This document shows, piece by piece, positions 26,066 to 35,337 of a stretch of 64,000 bases of DNA. Each line of letters begins with the position of its first letter. The first letter of the stretch is position 1. Location of the stretch: the NCBI RefSeq assembly GCF_000315625.1, contig NW_005434618.1:382155-446154 (forward strand), in the 5' to 3' direction. Made by a program: the position numbers and the translations under genes. This stretch comes from Guillardia theta CCMP2712. Lineage: Eukaryota > Protista > Cryptophyta. The notes under the pieces were generated by a model. That model had not been told where the DNA came from. It ran no database searches and was given only the letters and a program-made list of their open reading frames with translations.

Positions 26066-28154
26066 ATGGTGGAGTCGACTGAGGATGCGAGAGGTCGATG
26101 AGAGCGAGCGGGAGCAATCAGCAGAAGATGTGAAAGAACATCTGTCCGAGCCCTCATAGTCTCTGCTCCTATCATGCTCAAAGATCCTGCACAAAATGAG
26201 GCAGAGGCAGCTGAAGAATCCACTACGCATCTGCAGCGATGGGCCGCTCGCTTCGGTGGCGATCACATGGTTGCTAGCACACAAGTCAGCTTGAAGCCAG
26301 GCAAGGGTGAAGGGCCCTCTCCTCAACAAGAAGCAAAGAGTCTGCCAGAGAGGAAGCTAACTTTGAGGTCCTGCTTTAGGAGAGGAGGATTTCGACTCAC
26401 GTTCGAGCAGGGAACTGAAACATCACCACAAGTTCTGTGATGACTTCATCCCGCAACTCATGACGAGGATCGGACAAGACGACCATGTCGAGACCCGAAG
26501 GCTGCTGGAGAGACTGAACCTTGTCAGTGAGTTCACCCACCATCGAGCCCTGCTCCATTGCGACTCAAGTTCCCTGGCGTTGCAGGCGGGGGGAATGCAG
26601 CGCGTGGAGGCGGTTGGATCGAGAGTGACGCGTACAAGCACGACGGAGCTCGAGTAGGTAGGAGCGTTCTAGTCCTTCTACCTGCACGTCCGTAACAGGC
26701 ACCGCAGGGTATGTTTCGAGACGATTCAGGCATGCTGCCATGCTCTTCTTCGGCTGTTACGGGCTCCATGGTGAGGGATGAGACTTGTTGCGGCAGGCAG
26801 AGGAGTGCTCAGATCCCCATCGTGCTCTTGCATCCTTGCTGCCAGGAGCCTCTAGCGGTAGATCGTTTCCTCGTGCCGCGTTGGGAGGTGAAGAAAAGGG
26901 TACAGGGCTTGTGGAGAAAGGAGAGGTGCAACGTCGCAGCGATCGGAGGAGGCCCCGGCAGTGAAGTAGGAGGATGCAGGAGCGATGGTGTGACGCTGAC
27001 GGGGAGAGCAGGCGATAGGGCTGTAAGTCACGACACAGGACCCGGGAAGAGGGGATGTACTGAGAGGATGAAAAACAGCTTCATCCTACGCGACTTCCTT
27101 GCCCAGACAACAGCCTTCAACTTCTTCATCGCTGACCTGGAGATCGGTTGGTCCAAGGTCAGAGCTTCTCTAGAGCAGCGTGTGCAGTGACCGGTTGCCA
27201 GGTGGCAAGCCACGTGCTCCCCGTCTACGAGGAGTGTAGGAGGTGACTGCTGTTGACTGAGAGCTGTAGCTACCAGAAACAGGGTGTCTGACATCGAGCG
27301 TCAGGCAGTCAGCGGGAGATTGCACCACGTTCACAAGGGCAAACATCCTGTTTGATCTCAGGTTTCTATCCTCTGAGGAGACAGACCTAGCCCATCATGA
27401 CTCCCTCCTCTCTCCTCCCTCCTCCACCAATCTCCCTCCTCCACCATTGTCCTCCCTTCTCTCTCCTCTCCTCCCCCATCAGTCATCCGGAGAACTCCGA
27501 GCTCCACGCTGCCATCGTCGGCGATGGTCCCAATACTAGCCTGGACATGATCATCTTCTCCTACGTCGTTGCCGAGAATGCCGTCGAGCTGAAGGCGAGC
27601 CCTGCGGCTCTGAGACTCTCTGTTCATGTTCCGTCACCCAGGCAAACGACTTGGGGCTGGTGAAGGACCTCCTGGTCCGCGGCAAAGATGTCAACTGCAG
27701 CAATGTGCATGCTTGTATCGGCTGAACCACCCACAGAACGTTGCTGTGCTCTTCCTGGACAGCTCCTTCCGGATGTGGCCGACCATAGCTGAGGTGCCAA
27801 GACTGGCCTGTCGTCCGCCTCCTAACTTCCTACGAGCAGGTTGGAGCGGCGCATGGGTATCAAGCGTCGAACCCCAGGAACGGCACGCCTGTATTGTCTC
27901 CGTCACTCACTCCGCCCTCTCACAGGTGGGAGATAGATCTGCCGGACTGCAGCAAGAATGTGATGCTCCTCCACAAGACTCAGTCGCCCTCTGGTGTCAC
28001 AGCTCGCAACTCCTTATGGTCGATGACGTGCTCTACAGGCAAACAAAGCATTCCAAACTGGACACGAAGACCGAAGAGGGCAATTCCGCGCTTACTCGCC
28101 AAGAAGTCTCAATCCTCCAGTCAACCATATAACCCTACAAGCACTCCAAACTGA
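26066..28154 (+). CDS. Putative class I SAM-dependent methyltransferase-like protein, multi-exon
   Basis: Motif I-like VAAIGGGPG, acidic IADLE and DMIIFSYVVAEN (motif IV-like). Boundaries approximate. Confidence 0.5.
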
Positions 28155-28278
28155 CAGGAGATGAAAATGAATAGAAGAACATGTTGAGGAACACGAAATT
28201 CAATCCACGCATCCATGAGACTTCGAATAGTTGTTTGGGACACGAATAATTTGAAAGAATAGTTTATTAAGATTACAT

Positions 28279-28449
28279 TTACTCGTAGAGAGACTTGGTG
28301 TAGGTGGCGGTGGCAGCTACGTAGGCATCACGGGCAGCCTTGTAGGGGCCAGTGGCGAGCTTGAGCTCGTTGGCGGCCTTGAGGTAGGCGTCGCGGGTGG
28401 CGCGGTAGGTGGTGGCGTAATCCTCGAGGTCGAAGAGAAGGGAGAACAT
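28279..28449 (-). CDS. 56-aa Tyr/Ala-rich peptide, copy 3
   Basis: Coding sequence reads identical to copy 1. Confidence 0.7.
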   Translation of the reverse strand: MFSLLFDLEDYATTYRATRDAYLKAANELKLATGPYKAARDAYVAATATYTKSLYE

Positions 28450-28547
28450 CTCAGTGTGAGCTCTCCCTCCCGCTCCTCCTCCTTTATCCCCTCCCGCTCC
28501 GCTCTATTTCCGGCCTTGCCTACCCCCACCCGGCAGACTCCACCCCT

Positions 28548-28786
28548 NNNNNNNNNNNNNNNNNNNNNNNNNNNNNNNNNNNNNNNNNNNNNNNNNNNNN
28601 NNNNNNNNNNNNNNNNNNNNNNNNNNNNNNNNNNNNNNNNNNNNNNNNNNNNNNNNNNNNNNNNNNNNNNNNNNNNNNNNNNNNNNNNNNNNNNNNNNNN
28701 NNNNNNNNNNNNNNNNNNNNNNNNNNNNNNNNNNNNNNNNNNNNNNNNNNNNNNNNNNNNNNNNNNNNNNNNNNNNNNNNNNNNNN
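28548..28786. other. Assembly gap in the spacer of the second inverted repeat
   Basis: Run of N. Confidence 1.
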
Positions 28787-28948
28787 GGAGAAGTGAGGGG
28801 AAGCTGGGGTAGGGTGTGTCTATCACCCGGTGGCATGACAGGAGGAGCGGGGGAGTCTGCCGGGTGGGGGTAGGCAAGGCCGGAAATAGAGCAGGAGGGA
28901 GCGGGAGGGGATAAAGGAGGAGGAGCGGGAGGCAGAGCTCACACTGAG

Positions 28949-29119
28949 ATGTTCTCCCTTCTCTTCGACCTCGAGGATTACGCCACCACCTACCGCGCCA
29001 CCCGCGACGCCTACCTCAAGGCCGCCAACGAGCTCAAGCTCGCCACTGGCCCCTACAAGGCTGCCCGTGATGCCTACGTAGCTGCCACCGCCACCTACAC
29101 CAAGTCTCTCTACGAGTAA
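28949..29119 (+). CDS. 56-aa Tyr/Ala-rich peptide, copy 4
   Basis: Coding sequence reads identical to copy 2; AATAAA follows the stop. Confidence 0.7.
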   Translation: MFSLLFDLEDYATTYRATRDAYLKAANELKLATGPYKAARDAYVAATATYTKSLYE

Positions 29120-30961
29120 ATGTAATCTTAATAAACTCTGGAAGCACATCTTTCGTTTGGTTGTTCCTTCACAATTTTTTTATGTACTTAAAATTCTCTC
29201 AGGTTCAATTGTAAGCAACAGATGTACATATTTCATTGTAGAGAAGAGCAACTTTCAATCTTGTCCTGAGTCGGCTGAACATTGCATCTATACTTCTCTC
29301 GTGAAATTTCTTTCCGAATTTGTACAAAACATGCGCACCATTTATAATGAAGACTTCTATGGTTATGATTGTTTTTTCCGTCCTGACCAGCTATCAATGG
29401 GAGATGCGCTTCGTTTCGTAACAGACGGCTTCTGATCGTTCCCTGTTGGATGATCGAAGGCTGCATCGGGATTGAAGTCTGATTCTTTTGGGGAGCCATC
29501 TTGAGGCTCGTGGTTGGCTGTCGAGTGATCAGAAGCTTCAGACTCCTGAGATGTGCTCCTCAATGTGAGCATCAAAACAATCATGTTGTCTCACCGGATC
29601 ACAGTCGTAGCCTTCCGGTGGAACATAATTGGCAAGGGCCACAGCTGCTGGTATGTCAAGTAAGTCTCCAGTATCAGGCTCGGATCTGCTGGTCCTTTGC
29701 TGAAGCCATGGCTTCCTCATGTCCACCACATCCATCGCTTCTCTGCAATCGAAGGTTTAAAATTTCCCTGTTCCTGGAGTTGAATGGAACATCGAGAATG
29801 TGCACATTCTGAATGCTGCTCTCGCGCAGCCTCTTGCCATTGCAGAGTTCTTACTTCACAGATGAATGTGATCATGAATCGAAAAGCAGGCTTTGTGAAA
29901 GTTTCTATACATGAAAAGCTACAAGGAGTTTAACAATGAAATTTGCTCAACACTAACAGCACTCCTCAATAAAAAGTCAAATGACTGCACTGCCAGTGCC
30001 TTGGTGTATGGAGAAAAAAACGGGAGGGGGGGGGGGACAGGGGAAGTGAGGGGGGGGGGGAGGGGGGGCTGTTCCACTTTTTGGTTTCAAACGAGCATTG
30101 AGAGCTATTCTACTTCAGCATCAATGAACTTGTTCCAGTTTGAAAAGCAAGACATACAAGTCCTTGAAGAGAAGGAATTGTAGTAGTCAGTCAAAAGTGG
30201 TTGATGACATGCCTCAGGACGAGCAAAAGAAAATGAGCCTGAACAACCAGGATAGGTAGATTAAGAGCTACAGAGAGGTGTCGTTGAAGGAGCAAACGAA
30301 TAGCCTCAGACGCTTATTGAGTGAGACAAAAGAGTCACAGGAAGGTGGTGGACAGGCAATAGCGTGCGTCCGAGGCAGGGGTCAATCGGAAGTGTTTGTG
30401 TGTGTTTTTGTGTGTCTGTGTGTAGGAAGAGGGGCGGGCGGGGAGGTTTATCAAGCCGGAGTGAAGAGGCAGAAGAGGGAAAGAATGCACAGAGAGAAGA
30501 GAGGTAAAAGCTATGAGTACATGAAGGCTCAGAGAGGAAGAATAACTGACTATGAAGAGAAGCAAAAAGGCAGATCATGACAGGAAAAGGCCACTTTGGG
30601 ACCACAGAGATCAAACAAGGTTCTAAAGCCATGAAAGCTGAGGGTGACCTATCCTTGTTTGTCAGTTTGAAGGCATCCTTTATAATCACTAGAGGTCTTA
30701 TGGATGTCCTTCTGAATAGCGTTGCGTAGTGTGCCCAGTTTAGTTAACCTGGAGAAAGGGGTTAAGATCTAGGTTAAATCCATAGATGACCCTAGCTAAA
30801 GATTCCAGTTATCAATTTGTACCACAACCATTGCTTTTTTTTAACTGTCAACAACTCGTTCCATCGATGCATTCATGCCGCGCAGTGCGGTTGCCATGCT
30901 ATGCAGAAAGAATGCAGATCTGATGCGTATGCGAAGGTTGCGTTGCAGTCATATGAGATTC

Positions 30962-31010
30962 CAGCAACAGAGATATTGCATGAGCCGCTCATGCAATATC
31001 TCTGTTGCTG
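30962..31010. repeat. Perfect 24-bp-arm hairpin with a 1-nt centre
   Basis: cagcaacagagatattgcatgagc-c-gctcatgcaatatctctgttgctg. Confidence 0.95.
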
Positions 31011-31785
31011 TCAATGCAGGAAATCAACAACATGAAGCTTACAGTATGAAATCATTTATTGCATGAACTTCCTCAATTCAAGCGAAAGCTCACGATATTT
31101 GTGTCCCCTTCAGGATTCATGTCTACAATCCTTGGTGACTACAGATGAGCTCACTGGAATCTGCATAGCTTGACACATGCACAGGAAGCGGTGACGTTAG
31201 CCCGTTGGAATATCCTTCGAAGTTTACCTTTGCCTGTTCTTGAACATATGCATGTTGCTATGAAAAGATGCTGTATGTTAATCATATGTACCGTTGAACA
31301 TTACATTTGGATTCGTTATCATTGTCCTCGTTGAACACACAACAGGAAAGCTTTCAGCAACACAATCTTGCTGTCTCAGAGATGTTCAACAGCGAGCAAC
31401 AAGAGCTAATAAAGAGTGAGGGTGAGCTAGGTGTGCAGGCTGCCATGAGTCTATGCTGACAGGATGATAGTCGATGTTATGTTGTCAGTCAGATGGAGAG
31501 GCAGAGGTTCACGGGAAGGAAGTCGGGCGAGGCTGCGCACGCCATGTGTACGCTGTGTGGAACGCCCTGCCAGGGCGCCGCTCGTCGGCTTTTACCGAGA
31601 TGTCGAACCGTTGCGATTTAGCTATTCAAACGCTATTCAGGCCCTGAATAGTGACATAGGAAACTATTCAGAGCCTGAATAGTGTCTGAATTCAGAGCTG
31701 ATTTAAGTAAAACTTTAGTACCTACGCTACGCAATTCAGGGCTTCCATAAGACCTCTACTGTAAATGAATTGTCGAACAACACAC

Positions 31786-31857
31786 GGGGATTTGGTCTAG
31801 CGGTATGATTCTCGCTTAGGGTGCGAGAGGTCCCGGGTTCGAACCCCGGAATCCCCC
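31786..31857 (+). tRNA. tRNA-Pro (anticodon AGG)
   Basis: Acceptor stem GGGGATT/AATCCCC, D-arm TGGTCTAGCGGTATGA, anticodon arm CTCGC-TTAGGGT-GCGAG, T-arm CCGGG-TTCGAAC-CCCGG. Confidence 0.97.
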
Positions 31858-31964
31858 TGCGACAGCAGGGCCCGTGGGATTCCAAGCTCACTGAGCTGGT
31901 GTACTCTCCCTCGTAACTTTTTTGCTTTAACTTTATAAATTGTTTTTGTGGATTTTTTGCCACC

Positions 31965-33083
31965 ATGGATCGGGCGGGGGATGCGGTAGGATCCGCGCTG
32001 GTTCTGGGAGCAACGGGACAGACAGGGTCAGCACTCGTGAGAGAACTCTTAGCAGGCATAGCGCACCATGCCCATGCTATGAGACAGCAACTCACGACCA
32101 AGCAGGTTCAACCCCGATAGCCACAAAGGTAGTTGCGTACGGCAACAGTCGCCTGCCAACTTACAATGGGCCAAACCAACACTTGTTCTCCGGGCTTCAG
32201 GTGGGGCTCGATCTCAGATTCTTGTCACTGGGTTTAATAGTGGAGCAGGCTCCCATGGAGGATCTCGCCGGAAGCAGAGTGAACGAGCTGATGGTGATGG
32301 ACAACTTCCCTTTCTCTCGTTTGATCTCAGTGATGCAGGGGTTCGATTCGATCTTCATCCATGTCGGCACGCAGAGGAGGAAGGCAGGACTTGAAGGGCA
32401 AATAAGACTGGAATACGACAACACGCTAGCTGTATGTCAGCACACTTAACGCAAGGACTTACACATCGAGCCTGTGGCAGATTGCCAAGGCTGTCAAGGG
32501 TTTCGGGTGTAGAAACTGTCACATTGTGACTTCAACCGGGGCAAACGCTAACTCGAGTACGCGATAATGAAGAAAGGATTCACCTGCTGATTGACTGCAT
32601 TCACGGCAGGCATCATGTATCTGAAGACCAAGGGCAGGATAGAAGAATCATTGAAGTCGTGAACTTTGTAATGGAACCTGCAATCTGAAGCGTCTTGTAG
32701 ATCATTGAATTTTGATCGTCTTTGTATATATCGGCCAGCGGCTCTTTATGGTGGGGACAGGACGTCTGGCTTCTTTCATCGGTCTTATCTTTCAACCTTG
32801 TTTGATACGTGGGTAATGTTTTGCGTTCCTACTGGCAGTTCCGTGTTGCCCTGCCTGAGCACTCTCGGTCTCGTACAGAGGATTCAAGTTGATCATGTAA
32901 AGCTTCGCTCTTCTCTCCTCCTTCAGCTTCTTCCGGTTTAACACTTGACTGTCATTTTACAGGTTGCGCGTGCCATCCGCTTGATCGCTGGAGATCAATC
33001 CGGGTTCAGAAAGAAGGATGGAAAAGTGGAGATCTACTCTAACACAGAGCTGCATCAAATATGCAGGGCCACTTGATGATTGA
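31965..33083 (+). CDS. TIP30/HTATIP2-like atypical SDR (NAD(P)-binding), multi-exon
   Basis: ALVLGATGQTG Rossmann motif; GTQRRKAG; IVTSTGANANS; YLKTKGRIE; FDRLCIYRPAALYG. Confidence 0.8.
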
Positions 33084-33893
33084 AAAAAAATGCATCTGAA
33101 ACTTGCCACGCGGCCCATGCTTCCGTGCCATCGGATCATTTTATTGTGCCCTCAGGCCCTGGTGCCGCCACGGTACGGTACGCCGCCGTAGTACCGGCGG
33201 GCGGCCCGGCGCCCTGAGCTGAGCCTCAGACTACTGGCAGGAGAGTTTCTGACTGGCACTGCGGCAAAGCTGGCATGCGATCCATCAGTCCGACGGTCAC
33301 GGGTGACGGTGCCACTGTCCGGCACTGCCATCCCGGTGTAGTACACGCCCGGGGCCGGGCCGCGGGCGGCGCGCGGCCACTGCCGGCGCATGAGACGGTC
33401 ACCGCCTTGAAGTTGGACGGTCTGCCACTATCCTGGCAGGGCCTCGCCGGAGAGCAGCGAGCTGTTCCGCTGGGCCGCCTCCGAGACTCTGATGGAGCGG
33501 CAGTTCCAAGTTCCAGCAGGAGCGGCTGCGCGGGACTGAGGGGGCCCGGCCGGGGGGGCGGACTCCGCCGCCGGGAGGCGCCGGGAGACGGGCACGGAGG
33601 GGGAGGAGGGGGGGAGGGGGAGCTGAGACCGTCCGGCGGCCGCGCGCCGGGGTGAGCGAGGTGAGCTACGCTGGACTCCGACTACTTCCCCGGCGGCAAG
33701 ACTGGCGGCGGCTTCTTCAAGTACGACGAGGGCGGCGTGGGGGAAGGAGGAGGAGGAGAAGGAGGAGGAGGAGGAGGAGGAGCAGCGGCAGTGGAAGGCC
33801 GGGAGCGACTCAGCCTGGGCATGCGGAGCCGGGCCTGTGACTCACTGTCAGGCTCCGAGGCTCGCCGGTCACCAGGGCCCGGGACGGCGGAGG

Positions 33894-33928
33894 AGCGCTG
33901 CAGCGATGGGTTTTGAGGGGCGGGGAGC
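33894..33928 (+). repeat. 35-bp direct repeat, left copy
   Basis: agcgctgcagcgatgggttttgaggggcggggagc, identical to 38865-38899. Confidence 0.95.
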
Positions 33929-34160
33929 ATGCCGTTTACTTTCAGGCCTTTCGTTAATTTGGCACTTAAATTTTTCGGTAGAGTCTTTTTTTTTAATAGG
34001 CGTGCTATTTTGAGAAACGAGCCAGAAACCCCGCTTAATAGTACCCATACGTTTTAGTTTATTTCTACACTCCTCTTTAAAAGTTATTTTAACAGTGTAC
34101 CGGCATATACACTTTCACAGTACCACTCTAGTTGCAATCCTCCTTGCCTGGACGGGCAAA

Positions 34161-35318
34161 ATGGCGGCGCAATCAGGGCGGCCACCGTCGTCAAGGGCTG
34201 CCTCATCGCTCGGCATTGCCAAAAGGAGGAGATTGGAGCAAAGGGAACAAGTTGATCCTCTTCATGATTTGCAGGAGATACATCCAAGAATTCCAGGCAA
34301 TCTTGCAACACCGTTGTTCCTTGCAGCAAATGCCTTCGATCATTCTGTGCACTATGAATTACAACACCACGTTAAAGGTTTAGACATGACATTCAATCTG
34401 GTACCATGTCTTGGTGTGAGGTTTACGGATGTCAATGGGAAATTTCGAACTGGAATCATCCGAAAAGTTTCAGAAAAATCTGTCAGTGTGTTCATCTTGT
34501 ATACCAAACAAACAATGGAAGAGGTTAGACAGAATGTACAATTCAATTCAACGTCGAACAGAATGATCAACTCATTATTACCCTTCCAGTGTTTTCAGAG
34601 TGTGTATACTGATGAAGTTCCTGTTGACGATATCTGTGGAGTTTTTCAAATCAACTTCGAGCAATTCTCTGGAAGGGGGACATTGTCACATATGCAGACC
34701 TCTGACAGTCTCCCTTGCATGTTGTGTGTTGGATACTTATATTTCTATGCCAATCCCAAGAATCGAAAGGAAGAATGTCAGGTTCTTTATTTCAAGAAGC
34801 TGGATGTGTCATTGGACATGTTGCGCTACTATTTTTTGAACATCAGAAAACAAACTGATTTCTTCCGTCTCAACATCGATCTGCAGAAGATTCGGACTAC
34901 TATGGTTAACTGGTTTATCAAACGTGGGAAGCCCTTCTTGAAACCCCGGATGAAACGTGTCGAATTTGATGTGGATCTAGACGAAATCACATCATTCCTG
35001 CTTCTTTTCAAACACCTGCAACCGGACGACTGCAACGAAAACATCTGTTGTACAGGGTTGAATGGGAAAGGTCAGTGCAGTTGGACCATCAGTACATCAC
35101 TCTTACAGAACCCTGTCATTAACAGAGAATTTCCTGTGCCTTTCAAAAATGAACCCTACATGTTAGAACCTGGATCAGGTTCGTTGTATTTCGAGGGCCC
35201 ACTGACAGTCACCTTGAAACGAAATCAGAGGACACAATACACGTGCATCTCTTTCAAGTTCGAAAGAATGGTACGATTGTGCATGTTTCACACAGAGATT
35301 TGGAAGCATCCAGATTAA
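34161..35318 (+). CDS. Element ORF-A, ~385 aa, with BAH-domain-like region
   Basis: Intronless ORF, first ATG 34161. Segment FRTGIIRKV...VSVFILYT...QCFQSVYTDEVPVDDICGVFQI resembles the BAH consensus ELFxSxxxDxIPVxxIxGKCxV. The domain call is by eye. Confidence 0.65.
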   Translation: MAAQSGRPPSSRAASSLGIAKRRRLEQREQVDPLHDLQEIHPRIPGNLATPLFLAANAFDHSVHYELQHHVKGLDMTFNLVPCLGVRFTDVNGKFRTGIIRKVSEKSVSVFILYTKQTMEEVRQNVQFNSTSNRMINSLLPFQCFQSVYTDEVPVDDICGVFQINFEQFSGRGTLSHMQTSDSLPCMLCVGYLYFYANPKNRKEECQVLYFKKLDVSLDMLRYYFLNIRKQTDFFRLNIDLQKIRTTMVNWFIKRGKPFLKPRMKRVEFDVDLDEITSFLLLFKHLQPDDCNENICCTGLNGKGQCSWTISTSLLQNPVINREFPVPFKNEPYMLEPGSGSLYFEGPLTVTLKRNQRTQYTCISFKFERMVRLCMFHTEIWKHPD

Positions 35319-35337
35319 ACGCGAGTTTACTCAGACA

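Larger units (their letters stand above)
28261..29137. repeat. Second long inverted repeat formed by peptide copies 3 and 4
   Basis: 28261-28541 is reverse-complementary to ~28852-29137. Confidence 0.95.

Noticed and set aside
29150-31450. Fragmentary coiled-coil-like ORFs and possible minus-strand exons
   Set aside because: I could not build a coherent gene model on either strand.
33894-33940. RSS-like signal: tcaaaaccc on the minus strand resembles the nonamer ACAAAAACC
   Set aside because: No CACAGTG-like heptamer at 12- or 23-bp spacing, and the two copies are direct rather than inverted. The aacagtg at 34091 is internal.
34161-35318. ORF-A as a RAG2 homologue
   Set aside because: No kelch GG repeats, acidic hinge or PHD pattern visible.
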